DNA from: Lama guanicoe
Taxonomy: Eukaryota
Length of the DNA: 64,000 nucleotides
Assembly (NCBI GenBank): GCA_013239625.1
Contig: MU053557.1
Span: forward strand, 2,448,123 to 2,512,122
Direction: 5' to 3'
Shown: positions 1 to 12,953 of the stretch, one piece after another
Position numbering within the stretch: position 1 is the stretch's first letter
Layout: each line of letters begins with the position of its first letter
Program-made: the position numbers and the translations under genes
Notes under the pieces: model-generated
The model's database searches: none
Told to the model about the DNA's origin: nothing
Seen by the model: the letters and a program-made list of their open reading frames with translations, nothing else

Positions 1-856
1 TTTTGTATCTCGTGTTCGGGTTTAGCCCAGTCTCATAATTACATTTCTTTTGAGCATACTGCTACATTTGACAATTGTTTGGTATCAAATATCATTTGAA
101 GAATGGTTGTTTAATGCTTTAGAGAATGCTTCTGAAAAGGATGTGCGTTTGTGGTGGGAGATAATAGTAAAACAGTTTCAGGTGTAATGGGTGAAGCAGT
201 TGAAATTTGTAGATCACTGAGTCCTCATCTTTGAAACTGTCTTGGGTGTTGGTTAGCCGACAGGCTGCCCTAGAGAAGGGTGTCCGTGTGAAAGAACTCT
301 TCAATCATTCAGTAAAACAATGAGGATATTCTAGACATTCTGGGAAAGTAAAGGAAGTAGGACTAAGGTTCTGTCAAGTCTTTGGAGCTATTCTGGGAAA
401 ACATCATGCACTTTGGCAAAAAGATCATCTGTAATGTTGCATAAAACTATATACCATTGGAAGTGTTATAAAGAAGGTACCAAGTTAATGTTATGGCCAG
501 TGATGTTCACACTTAGTTTAGCTGTGGAAAACATTCTTTCAGATGAAATCATAGGCAGAAGCCCGATAACTGACAGATAAAAGGGGAGCTGTTCTGTTTG
601 AAGCAAGTGTTGGATGGAATCACGGTACCATTTTCCAAGGACCCCCCTCATTTAATGCTGTGGCCTGAGAGGTACTTCCCTGAAACTCTAGGGAATATAA
701 GTCACTGACAGAATCTGGAAAAGGGTTTAAAAGCTGAGAGGCAGGAGAGTTCCCGGGTTTCTGAGGGAAGGCTGCACAGGAAATGTGAGATGTGTTACTT
801 CCCAGATACCTCCATATGCATATTTTCAAATACATTTTATACACATAGATAATTTT

Positions 857-2121
<1,265 letters not shown>

Positions 2122-2984
2122 ACATGTAGATAATTTTGAAAGGATACTATGAGATGCCATTGTAAATTGGCTTTTTCTTTGTATATTATGTCATAAGTAA
2201 CTCTGTGTTATCACCTGATCTGCATCTTTAAAATGGTGGAAGAGCATTCTCTTTTAAGACAGGGAGAAGGGGGCACCCTTAGGATGTCCTGTCACTGATC
2301 TCAGCCAGACCATTCCCAACAACCTTGGGTATATTTTTTACTCAGAACCAGCCAATTATTTTTAAGAAAGAGACTTCCTTGTTCATAAATGCCAAATGAC
2401 ACTGGAGATCATTGAATTGGCTTTAAATCTTACTCCTGTCATTTGCATTCCCTATGTTGTGTTGGCACAGGGATTACATGGGTAATTGAATCATGATGAG
2501 CCTTTGAGTTCTTCATATCATCTGATATTTTAAGGTCTTTTCACACTCAGTCTTGAGCATTCCGCTGCATGAAGTAACAGACTCAAGGTTAAATGACTAG
2601 TAATGATAGGCCTAGAATTTCAGCCCAGGTAGTCTGGCATTTGAGCTCCAAAGAATTAATCTGTCTCCAGAATAGACTTTCTTTCCAATAAGTGTAGTGC
2701 TAGGTAATGAGTTATCAAAAGGAGGTATGGGATCATGAATGGTACAAAATGTGTATAATAAACACTGTCTCTCTTTCTCATATGAAGTGGTTATTCTTCC
2801 CATGATGACCAGAACCTAGGCATCTCACCATTGTGGTCCCCTCTCAGCAGCAACACTGATTTACTGTAAAAATAACTTAATGACCTGGTGAAAACTCTTC
2901 CACATACGTCTTTATGCATATTTATAAGTAAATGAGACACATATGTGATTTTGGTTTAAAATTTTTTTAAATTTATTTTTTATT

Positions 2985-3495
2985 TTATTTTTAATAGATT
3001 TTATTCTTTTAGAGCAGTTTCAGGTTCACAACAGAATTGAGCAGAAAATACAGAGAGTTTGAACATAGCCCTCCCCACCCACACATACATATTCCCCTAC
3101 CCTCAACATCCCTCATCAGTGTGGTATATCTGGTACAGTCAGTGAACCAACATTGGCACATTATCAACCAAAGTCCATAGTTTACATTAGGGTTCACTGT
3201 TGATGTTGTACATTCTGTGGGTTTTGACAAATGCATGGTGACATGTAGCCACCACTACAGTATCCAGAGAATAATTTCATTTTCTTAAAAATCCCTTGTG
3301 CTCCATCTGTTCATTCCTCCCTCCCTCCCTCCCCCCAAGCCCCTAGAAACCACGACATTTTATTGTTTCTGTAGCTGTGCCTTTTCCAGAATGTCATTTG
3401 GTTGGAATCGTACAGATTGTAGCCTTTTCAGACTGGCTTCTTTCATTTAGTAATATGTCTTTCAAGTTTCTCCCATATCTTTCATAACTTGATCT
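2985..3495 (-). mobile_element. Old LINE-1 3' end (L1MC-like)
   Basis: Typical L1MC 3' UTR text (agagcagttttcaggttcaca...aagtccatagtttacattagggttcact). Paralogous to 17850-18745. Confidence 0.8.
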
Positions 3496-3624
3496 TTTTT
3501 TTCTACTGCACATATATTTTAAAGTTTACATATATTTACTGTTCATTGTTTCTAAGAACATTGAGAGCTTTAGCTTTTTAAACTTAAATAGTTATCAAAG
3601 GAATAAAGCAAACCACAAAATAAG

Positions 3625-3833
3625 AATTAACTCAAAAAGGTACCTACACCCAGCTATTAACAGCAACATTATTTGTAATTGTCAAGATACGGAGGCATCC
3701 TAAGTGCACATCAACAGTTGAATAGATAATGAAGATGGAGCATATATATATATATATACACACACACACATATATATACATATATATGTAATGGAATACA
3801 ACTCACCTATAAAAAGATATTTTGCCATTTGTG
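3625..3833 (+). mobile_element. LINE-1 fragment (end of ORF2), sense orientation, with (TA)n(CA)n tract
   Basis: aaaaggtacctacaccc...cctaagtgcacatcaacag...atggaatacaactcacctataaaaag...ttttgccattt resembles the L1 ORF2 3' region. Confidence 0.7.
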
Positions 3834-3869
3834 GCCCTTCATTCACTTTTTTCTCAAAGATTTTTTAAG

Positions 3870-4225
3870 AATTAAATTTTTACTTATTGAAATGTAGTTG
3901 AATTAACAATGTTAATTTCAGGTTTACAGCAAAGTGATTCAATTATACATATACATATATATTTTCAGATTATGTTCCATTATAGGTTATTAGAAGAAAT
4001 TGAATATAGTTCCTGTACTATACAGTAGGTCCTTGTTTATCTGTTTTATATATAGTAATATGTATCTGTTAATTGCCAACTCCTAATTTATACCTCCCTT
4101 ACCTTTTCCCTTTTGATAACCATAATTTGTTTTCTCTGTGAGTCTCCTTCTGGTTTGTAAATAACATTTGGTTATTTTTTTTGATTCCGCATGTAAGTGA
4201 TATCATATGTCTTTCTCTGACTTAC
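3870..4225 (-). mobile_element. Short LINE-1 3' UTR insertion
   Basis: attgaaatgtagttg...tgaatatagttcctgtactatacagtaggtccttg...gtaagtgatatcatatgtctttc; same family as 857-2121. Confidence 0.85.
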
Positions 4226-4539
4226 TATGTAAGAATATTTAATGATATGGAAACTGTTCACACATTCTGTTAAATAGCAAAACTGTATGGGTAGGATAAT
4301 TGCATTAAAAAATTCAACGAAATAGCTACTATTATTCCTATTTGACAGAGAGGCATAGACCTCCTGACCAAGTTTGCCCAAAGTCACGTGGCTAGTGAGT
4401 CAAAGAGGCAGGATTGAAACCTAGGAGTTAGATTCCAGAATTAGGCACTTAGCCACTTCATTGCATGCCCTCTGACCAAGACAGACTCTAATTGAAAACA
4501 GTAGTATGGGTTAGCTTTTCTTACTTGTTTTTCAGATTT

Positions 4540-4718
4540 ATTTTTTAAAATTTATTTTTAATGAAGTATAGTCAGTTTACAGTTGCATCCAAAAAAAAAA
4601 AATGCCTAGGAATAAATCTGACCAAGGAAGTAGAAGACTTACATGTGGAGAACTACAAAACATTGACTAAGGAAATTAGAGATGACTTAAAGAAATGGAA
4701 AGATATCCCCTGATCTTG
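4540..4718. mobile_element. LINE-1 with inversion: minus-strand poly(T) + ~25 nt of 3' end fused to a plus-strand ORF2 fragment
   Basis: ttttaatgaagtatagtcagtttaca (L1 3' end, reverse) runs directly into gttgcatccaaaaa...ggaataaatctgaccaaggaagtagaagactt...aaatggaaagatatccc (ORF2, sense). Confidence 0.7.
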
Positions 4719-5185
4719 CATGTATGTGATTTTGAATAAGATCCTACTAGATTCCATCACAAACAAATCCATTTTCTTTCTCTTGGGTAATAGGTGTGAT
4801 ACCATTGCTTAAGAGACTTTATGTCCAAGATGTGTGTGGAGGTGACCTATGGATTAAAGAGTCCAATAATAATGTATCTTTAGAGTTAACATTCTGTTTC
4901 TTAGAATCAGACAAATTCTTAATTTTCTTGTCTTTCATAAACAGGCACAGTTGATTGTCATAAAGCCTCTGCCGAGGCCGAATAGTTCTCACTTTCATGT
5001 CACTTTGGCACACTGAATCATGACTGTTGCTGTTGGAATTGTTACGTTTGAGACTTAGGCTTCTGGTCACCACCTGCAATTTAATTTTGCCATTTCCCAT
5101 CCATTTTTAACAATAACGTTCCTGTAGTCACACAGTGCCACAAGGCCACCAAGACTGCTGCCTCACCTCAGCTACTGATGGGCAG

Positions 5186-5204
5186 GCAGCGCCCCCTTGT
5201 GACA
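5186..5204 (-). promoter_or_regulatory. Candidate CTCF binding site (reverse orientation)
   Basis: Minus strand TGTCACAAGGGGGCGCTGC is a close match to the CTCF core consensus (TGGCCACCAGGGGGCGCT). A partial upstream motif (AGTGC) sits at the expected spacing. Confidence 0.65.
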
Positions 5205-5454
5205 GCTCCAAGCACTAGTTCAGCTGATGCAGAAAAGAGTGAATCTGGTGTTTGCGGGGCATCAGTGACTCAGACAAAATGTAAGTTGAATGAAGCCTAG
5301 GGACTAGTGGTAAATGGGACATGGGTGAAAAATACTTTTAATTAGGATAAGCATCTTCGGATGGAGACAGAGGAAAATGAACACAGAAATTAAAAAATGG
5401 TTAAAGATCCCCGTGAAGGGAGGTGTACAATCTCCCTCTAAGCTGTGGATTGAG

Positions 5455-5592
5455 GACTAGCAGCCTGGGTACTGTTTGGGAGCTGGTTAGAAATGCAGAG
5501 TGTCAGTTCCCACTCCAGGCCCTGGAATCGGAATCTGCATTTAGCAAGGGCCTCAGATGATTCATCTGCAGGGTTCAGCGTGAGAAGTGCTG
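5455..5592. mobile_element. MER5-type hAT-Charlie MITE remnant
   Basis: gggagctggttagaaatgcag...ggaatctgcatttagcaag...gatgattc...gagaagtgctg. Confidence 0.7.
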
Positions 5593-5594
5593 GT

Positions 5595-5745
5595 GTACAG
5601 TGTGGTGGAAGTGTTTGGCCCATGGACTTAAGACAAACAGAAGTAGGTTGGAATTCCATCTCTGCCACTTACTACTTGTGTGAACTTGAGCAAGTAACAT
5701 TTCTGTGCCTCAGTTTCCTCATTTGTACATCCGTCACAGGATTAT
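5595..5745 (+). mobile_element. MIR SINE
   Basis: ctctgccacttactacttgtgtgaacttgagcaagtaacatttctgtgcctcagtttcctcatttgta is the MIR core. Confidence 0.75.
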
Positions 5746-6163
5746 AGTTGTGCAGCCATCACCACCAGTATCACCACCATCATTGCTAACCATTAATGAG
5801 GGCTCACCACCCTCTAGGCACTGTTCTGAGTGCTTTTTATTAATTCATGAATGCGATAGCGCAGGCTACATGCCTGGCCAAGGGTGAGCCTCATCGAATT
5901 AAAAAAAAAAAAGAGGGGCTAGGATTATTATAATCACTATAAAACATGGTCTTTAGCAAAGTGGGATGGTAGAATTCCTCAGTTAAAGCGAAGACTGTAG
6001 GTTTGGGGAGTGGGGGTGGGATGTTAGGTCTGCTGGAGCTTTGAGGACTGAACTCTGAGCCCCAGACCTGCACTTTTTAGTGATGCAAAGAGGATTCTTT
6101 AAGATAAAATCAATTTTCAGAGAGCTTGCTTAATCTAGGAAGCAGAAACAAAACTGTTTAAAA

Positions 6164-6655
6164 CAATGGTTCTCAAACTTTTTGGTCTGGGAGGACCCCT
6201 TTACCCTTCTAGAAATTGAGGACCCCACAGCGCTTTTGTTCATGTGATTATAACTATCAGTATTTACCTTACTATAAACTAAAGCTGAGAAAAATTTAAA
6301 ATATTAATTCACTTAAATGAGGCAGTAATCACCCCACTACATGTTAACATAAGTCATATTTTTATAAGAAATAACCATACTTGCTAAAACAAAAAAATTT
6401 AGTGAAAAAGTGGTATTTTCCCCATATTTTTGCAAATCTGCTTAATGCCTGGCTCAATGGAATAGAGCTGGACTCTTTTGCTTCTGCCTTCAGTCTGTGG
6501 AGGTATCACTCATCATGTAGCCTCTAGAAAACTCCACTGTACACTCAGGAGAGAATGAGAGTGAAAAAGGCATGTAATTTTTTAGTATTGTTGGAAAAGA
6601 GTTTTGATCTTGTGAACCCCCTGAAAGGGTTTCAAGGGACTCCCAGGAAACTGGG
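6164..6655. mobile_element. Charlie1b-like hAT DNA transposon (non-autonomous)
   Basis: Begins caatggttctcaaactttttggtct...; internal text ...catgtagcctctagaaaactccactgtacactc...gagaatgagagtgaaaaaggca...cccctgaaagggt matches the Charlie1b pattern. Confidence 0.8.
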
Positions 6656-7660
6656 AGTTTAAAGATTAAAGTACATTCATTGCAAGCAGATATATGTAGT
6701 TGAAGACAAACTGTTTTTCTACATTAATTAATTGCTTAAAGGGGCAGAGCTCTGCTGGGGTCCCACGCTGTACTTGAAATGCATGAAACAGAATTTCAGC
6801 AAGAATGATAAATCTCAGTCTTTGCTAGTTCCAATTGGTCTTACACACCTGTGGGTTTTATCATATTCCCACAGGAGTCTTTGATTAGGTGCACTTGGCA
6901 ATTACCTCTAGACTTCTTGTTCGGCTGCAAAAATTGACATTTGTATTCCTTAGCTATTCCTGCTGCTGGTTGGGAATGTGATGAATTTGCAGGGTGTGAT
7001 CAAAGCCTTGCTTTCTTGTCATATTTTGTCTATTAGAAGAGAATGGTGGTTAAAAAAAATAGAGCAGAAATCTCTAATTGAATATATATATAGTTTTTCA
7101 AGTTAGAGTTGTTAAAAGTATGTAACGTTTGGAGTGGGCTAGGATAGCTTTGCATGCAGACTGGGAATGTCCTATGAGGCAGTGATTTCCCCTGCATGGA
7201 GGGTTGCACTTGGCGGCAGCTCAGTGACAAAGGGCCTGTTGTTTTGGTTCCTCTGGTGGGGACTGTGAGCACCCTGTTGTGACACAAGTTTGGCCTCACC
7301 ATCTTTGGGATGGCTAAGCGCAGTGTAGCTCGCAGAAACTTGAGGACCAAATCAGTGTGCTCTCATCATATTCAGGACTATGGTGGGAAATTAGTTCAAA
7401 CACTATATTGGGGGAAAAAAATTAACGCTTTGTTATGTAAATAAATAATTCTGAATTCTCTTCACAAACTGTACTAAGAGATATTTGTATTTGTTTAAAA
7501 TGGTGGTTTGTTAAAATCAAATTCAATTTGCATTTCTTGAGTACATATCATCTGATGCTGGGAGAAGGTCAGGAATTTTTGTTCTTTTTGTCTGCAAATA
7601 GGTCAGCCACACAGAAAACATTTTCTACAATCAATAGGCCGGAATAATTTGTTGACTTCA

Positions 7661-7693
7661 TGCAGTTGCATAGAATTGCCAGCAGAGGGCGAG
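7661..7693 (+). promoter_or_regulatory. Candidate CTCF binding site with upstream (ZF9-11) motif, forward orientation
   Basis: TGCAGTTGC-atagaa-TTGCCAGCAGAGGGCGAG: core CCAGCAGAGGGCG plus the TGCAG upstream motif at canonical spacing. Confidence 0.65.
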
Positions 7694-9096
7694 AGACTAA
7701 CGTACCTTGCTGATAATACCGATGAGTTGTAACTTGTGTGAATTCAGATACCTAAGTTGTGTGGGTAGGGGAGGAGGCGTTTGGGAGTTGGAGAAGTGTT
7801 CTGGGTTGGACAGGACCCGCTTGTACTCGGTTCTGGCTGATGGTTGCCTTGTGAAAGAAAGCACTAGTGTTGCCAGGTTGGATTTCTCAGAAGAAGAAAA
7901 TACTCCAGATTTTCCTTTGAAACTTTCCGATTTAAACTGATTGCTTAATTTTTTTTGAAGCATCATTCTGGTAAAACAAACAAACAAACAAACAGCCAGT
8001 GTTCTAAGTGTTCACTAGTGGGCTGAATTTGACCTGTGGTCTGCTAAGACCTACAGAATCCCGGGATTATAAATGGCCCAGACTTAATTTGTCTTTTTCT
8101 GAAAGGACATTTCTATACTACTTCTTTACCAGGGAGGAGAGTGGAGTATATAACAAAGGTAGGGTGGCTTTAACATTTCAGGGGAAAGTCATGCCAGTCT
8201 GCATTGGCGTAAAAATTTCAAGGTGATAAGACATTTTTCTTTTGGAATCCTGAGAGAGGAGTTGGCCTTTCCTGTTAGATAAGAATTCTCCAAGTAACAA
8301 ATTACTCTATTTATAATAAGAATATTTTAAATAAGTACTTATAACAAATATAAACAATAAGCTTACTGCTGAAGGAATGACCATACATTCCAGGTTTTGA
8401 GGATTATTTGACTGCCAAATATCCCACCTCATTGCCCTGTAACTACTTCCACGCTTATCAGGAGGTTGTCTTACTTGTAATTTGGGAGACGTCGTGACCC
8501 TCCAGCTGGTGACCCAGGTCCAACCCTCAGGCTCTCCTGTGATCTCCTCCTAAGAGGTCTATGTGCATTTTCCTCTGGCTTCCCTCCAGACCCTTCTTTG
8601 TCATTTTTCTCCACATGACAACCAGAGTCATCTTTTGAAAACTCAAATTTGATTGAGTTTTTCCTGTTCCGCGTTCTTCCTTGTATCCTTGAAATCCTCC
8701 AGTGACCTCTTACTGCTCCTTAGGTTAAAGATAGAATGTCCCATGCCCATTTCTCCTGATTTGTCTTAACCATCTCCTCCTCCTTGCGTCCAGCCACCGT
8801 AGCCTTGTAATTACCATGTTTTCTTCACCTCACAGCTTTGGAACAAAACTATTTTAAACCTCTCAGAGAGCTTTAAAGTTATTGTTGAAACCACAGGCAG
8901 CAAGTTCTATGGAACCTGAAGCACTGAGGAAGGGTGGTGCAGACATAAGACTGTTGAGTTAGGGTTATTCTTTATCTTTTACTTAGAGACATAAGGGAAA
9001 AGGACAGAGAATGTTGACAAACTAGGAACCATAAAATTGAAGTTAAATATGTACTGATAATCTAAAAAAATCAACTTTCTATTGATAAAATAATCT

Positions 9097-9205
9097 TTTG
9101 GGGAGGGTAATTAGGTTTATTTTATTTAATGGAGGTACTGGTGATTGAACCCAGGACCTCATGCATGCTAAGCACGCACTCTACCACTGAGCTATACCCT
9201 CTCCC
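9097..9205 (-). mobile_element. tRNA-Ala-derived SINE (camelid vic-1-like)
   Basis: Minus strand gggagagggtatagctcagtggtagagtgcgtgcttagcatgcatgaggtcctgggttcaatcaccagtacctcca plus an A-rich tail; A and B boxes present. Confidence 0.85.
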
Positions 9206-9529
9206 TAAAGTTGAATTTCTAAGTGTTCACTTAAAAAGGACAAAGAACTTGGCAATAATATTCAGTGGTTGGCTTGAATAAGTATCTTCCAAGGATTGGA
9301 GACTTGTAATTTGAAAGCTACTTGTAAGGAAATCAGCATTTTGTCAAAATGTTTGTTGAAGAATATTGTTTACCAAATTTGTGATATTAGGCATAGGCCA
9401 TTAATTTACTGATGTTCCTATAATTCACATAATATATTTACAGATAAAATCAAAGATTTATTTTTATAAGTTTTACAAAAATATATATTTAGTGTTCTGT
9501 CCACCTCCCTGCTTCCAGTGGTTTAGATC

Positions 9530-9668
9530 AGCAAGGTCCAACAGCACTTTCTGTGATGATGGAAATGTTTTCTGTTTGTACTGTCCAATATGAAATGTGG
9601 ATGGTGCAACTAAGGAACTGGATAGTTCATTTTATTTTAGTAAAAATAACCACATGTGGATATTGGCT
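9530..9668. mobile_element. MER3/MER33-like hAT remnant
   Basis: gtccaacagcactttctgtgatgatggaaatgtt...ctgtccaatatg...aaatgtgg...actaaggaactg...accacatgtgg. Confidence 0.65.
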
Positions 9669-9670
9669 CT

Positions 9671-10025
9671 TGCTATAGTCTCAATGTCTGTGTCCCTCAA
9701 ACTGATATGTTGAAATCCTAGCTCCCCAGGTGATGGTGCTAGGAGGTGGAGGTGGAGTCTTTGGGAGGTGATGAGGTCATGAGGGTGGAGCCCTCATGAA
9801 TGACATTAGTGTTCTTACCAAGGAGACCCCCACACAGCTCTCTAGCCCCTTCTGCCATGTGAGGATAGATTGAGAAATTTGTGATCAGAAAGAGGGCTCT
9901 CACCTAACCATGCTGGCACCTTGATCTTGGACTTCGAGCCTACAGAACTGTGAGACATACATTTCTGTTGGTTTTAATCTACTTGGTCTGTGGTATTGTT
10001 ATAGCAGCTTAAATGGACCAAGACA
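9671..10025 (+). mobile_element. MLT1A-type MaLR solo LTR
   Basis: tgctatagtctcaatgtctgtgtccc...gagggtggagccctcatgaat...accatgctggcaccttgatcttggacttc...ggaccaagaca; TG..CA ends. Confidence 0.85.
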
Positions 10026-10308
10026 GCGAACAGATACAGATTACTTGGTTGTTATGTATCTGAAAGACTGTCCTTCTTCAGTATTAATCTTTGCAAGTAA
10101 AAATACATGGGTGATTCTGATAGATTAATTTCAAAGTACCATATGACCTCTATTTTTCATAGGGTTGGAATGTTAACCCTATGAACAAGCAGGGTCCCAC
10201 TGCCTGGGATTTTTTTTAATATGTCATCAATGTTTAATATTCTGAAGATTAAGTAAGAAAATCAACAAAGTTTTTTTATGTGACTAGGTTAATTTCCTCT
10301 GAATTCTT

Positions 10309-10363
10309 TTTTTAATTAAAGTACAGTTACAATGTGTCAATTTCTGGTGTATACCACAATGCC
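10309..10363 (-). mobile_element. 55-bp LINE-1 3' end insertion with perfect 17-bp TSD
   Basis: TSD atttcctctgaattctt at 10292-10308 and 10364-10380. The insert matches the 3' end of the L1 at 857+. Confidence 0.9.
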
Positions 10364-11864
10364 ATTTCCTCTGAATTCTTCTGCCTGGGATATTTTCCTT
10401 TATTCCCAGCCCACTTGTACTCATCCTTCAGATCTTGTTGGAGCATTGCTTCCTCTGGGAATCCTCCCTGATATTTCTTTTGTGATTGAGTCTCCCACGA
10501 ACAGCACTGGTCTCTCTCCTTTACTAGAGCTCACGAGTGTGTTGGAGGGAGTGATGCAGAGACAAAGGAGAGGATGATCACTCCAGAGACGACAAAACAG
10601 CCTTAGGAGCAGCACTTGCTTTGGGAAGTGGGGAGGGGCTGGGGGATCTGACTCCATGGTGGGGACTGGCCTTAGGGAGGAGGGCAGTTCCTTGCTGTGG
10701 AAGAGAGCAGAGGCGGCAGATGGTGCAGACACAGGATTTGCTATTTGGAGGGGGCAGATCCTGTTCTCTTGATTGCGGCTAGTAAGTAGCAGGGGACAGA
10801 GTGTGGAAGGTTTGAGAATTAGGACAAATGAAGACCTGTTTACTCTGAAACAACACCCGCCTGCCCAGTCCAGGCTTCACAGATGTGGGCAGAGAGGAAG
10901 CTGATGGTTGCACTATTTAAGTTTGGGATTTGGCCAAATCTGAGAGTAAATGAGGACAGAGCTGTTGAAATCCGGGAGGGTCACTTTCCATTTTTGCCCT
11001 GCTGTGATCCATCTGGGATTTCTTGCTGATCTTGCTAAAAACCTGAAGTTGGTGAATGTGAATTGAATAGGAACTTAAAGTCTTAGTGACATACCCCAGG
11101 TGCTCCTACACCTGGCTAATTAGCTCCCCATCTCTCTGGTATTTGGGGGCCAGCAGAGCTTGTAAGCCAAGCTTTTCCCCAGACTCTTTGCTGACACAGG
11201 ATGGAGGTGTATGGTGTCAGTCAGCACCCGAGGAAATGCCAAAACAGCATCATCTCTGTCACATCTGCATGTCTCCCCCCTGACTGAGAGATACTGCTCG
11301 CCAAAGAAAAAACAATTCTGACAGGGAAAGTAATTGAACCTAACTTGTGCCTCTAGAGTCTGATTCCATTTCTCCGTCTAACGACGACAGAGCCCCACAA
11401 ATACCTCAGCTGGGATTTGTTTTTCCTGGGAGGGAACGAGGCGTATTGCCTGCTGGATGGTTTCTGGTGGTCAGTCCACAGGTGGTGCGTCTGTGCTGGG
11501 GGTGCCCAGCTGACAGCCCAGGTAGGAGCTCTCCAGGGAGGTGGTTGCTGTAATGGTCCAGCTGTTCTCTGGCTGCAGTGGGCGAGCGTGGTACAAAGCA
11601 GCTCTGGCTCACCTGAGGCCCTGAGCCCTGCCAGCTGCTGCTTCATCAGACTCTTTCTCTTTTTAATTTAACATGTTTCCCCCTTATTTTGAAATCAATT
11701 TTTAGATGTACAAACACATGAATGAATTCCAGAAAGTTAAATATGAAGGAGCTTTGTTTTCCTTGGACTTTGCTCTGTAACAGAACCCCTCCCCTCTCTT
11801 CCCCAGAGATGATCACTGAAATCAGCTCAGTGTGTATCTTCGCAGACTGTTGGATTGGTCTGCT

Positions 11865-12260
11865 GTGCTACTTAGGATTAGATTTGGCTGTGTGTGATAG
11901 GGAAACCTCAAACAGAGCTTACATGAATTACAAGTTTCTTTTTTGCATGAGGAAAGCTGGGATGCAGGCAGTCCAGGGCAGCATGGTGGCTCCATCATGT
12001 CGCCAGGGATCCAGGTACCAGTTTGCCATCCCCTGTCCTTTGTCTCCATCTTTAAGGTCACCTCCTGGTCCAGGATGGCAACAAGGGCACCAACCATTCT
12101 ATCCACATCCCAGGCCAGATACAGAAGGAAGGAGGGAGGTCTTACCTGCATTCACTTCTGAGTTCATCTCATTGACCAGAATTTAGTCATAATGCTATGC
12201 TTAGCTGCAAAAGATTTTGAGAACTGTAGTCTTATAGTTGAATCCATTGCTGCAAACCAA
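11865..12260. mobile_element. Old MaLR LTR (MLT1J/K-like)
   Basis: ggattagatttggctg...gcagtccagggc...ggatccagg...tctcattgaccagaatttagtcat...ttagctgcaaaag pattern. Confidence 0.6.
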
Positions 12261-12603
12261 TAAAATCATGGTTCTGTTATCAAATGGCAGGAGGGTTAGG
12301 CAACAAGTAGTCTGTCATGCGAACGTGTGTATAAAAGCATCATTTTTACATATTACAGCCCACATACAGTATTTCAACTTGTTTTTTTCAGTACAATATG
12401 TTTTAGAGGTTTTAGCATGTTAGTACATATAATTCTATAGCATTTCACTCACTGTTCCATAAGTATTCCATATTGTGAAAATATTATAATTTGTTTAGCT
12501 GTTTCTCTGTGGGTGATCATTAAAGTTATTTCTAGTTTTCCCTGTTACAGACAATACTGTGATGAATACACTTGGGCAGTGTTTCTTGTGCATATTGGGG
12601 TGT

Positions 12604-12953
12604 TATCTTAGTCCGTTCAGGCTGGTATAACAAAATACCACAGACTGGGTGGCTTAAAACAACAGAAGTGTGTTTCTCAAGAGTTCTGGAGGCTGGAAGT
12701 CTAAGTCTGGGTGCCATCAGTGGCTGGTGAGGTTGCAGACTGCTGACTTCTTGCTGTGTCCTCAGAAGCTGGGCGGGACTAGGGAGCTCAGTGGGTCTCT
12801 TACAAGAGCGCTAATCCCATTCAGGAGGGCTCTACCCTCATGATGTAATCAGCCGCAATTTATCCATCACCGAATACCATCACAATGGATGTTAGGATTC
12901 CATGGTGTAAATTTTGGGGAGGCTTTTGTTCAGAAACATTCAGAAACATAGCA
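12604..12953 (-). mobile_element. MLT1A-type solo LTR inserted into an older L1ME-like fragment (~12330-13130)
   Basis: tatcttagtccgttcaggctggtataacaaaataccacagactgggtggctta...catagca; 5-bp TSD ggtgt/ggcgt. Confidence 0.85.

Noticed and set aside
9130..9205. Functional tRNA-Ala gene
   Set aside because: Acceptor and T-stem mismatches, an A-rich SINE tail and multiple diverged copies in the window indicate a SINE.
11722..12186. 154-aa ORF (and similar 100-160 aa ORFs at 23850, 37520, 55372, 61583, 61757, 63304)
   Set aside because: No recognisable domains or splice context, and many overlap MaLR/L2/MER repeats. Such ORFs are expected by chance in GC-richer DNA.
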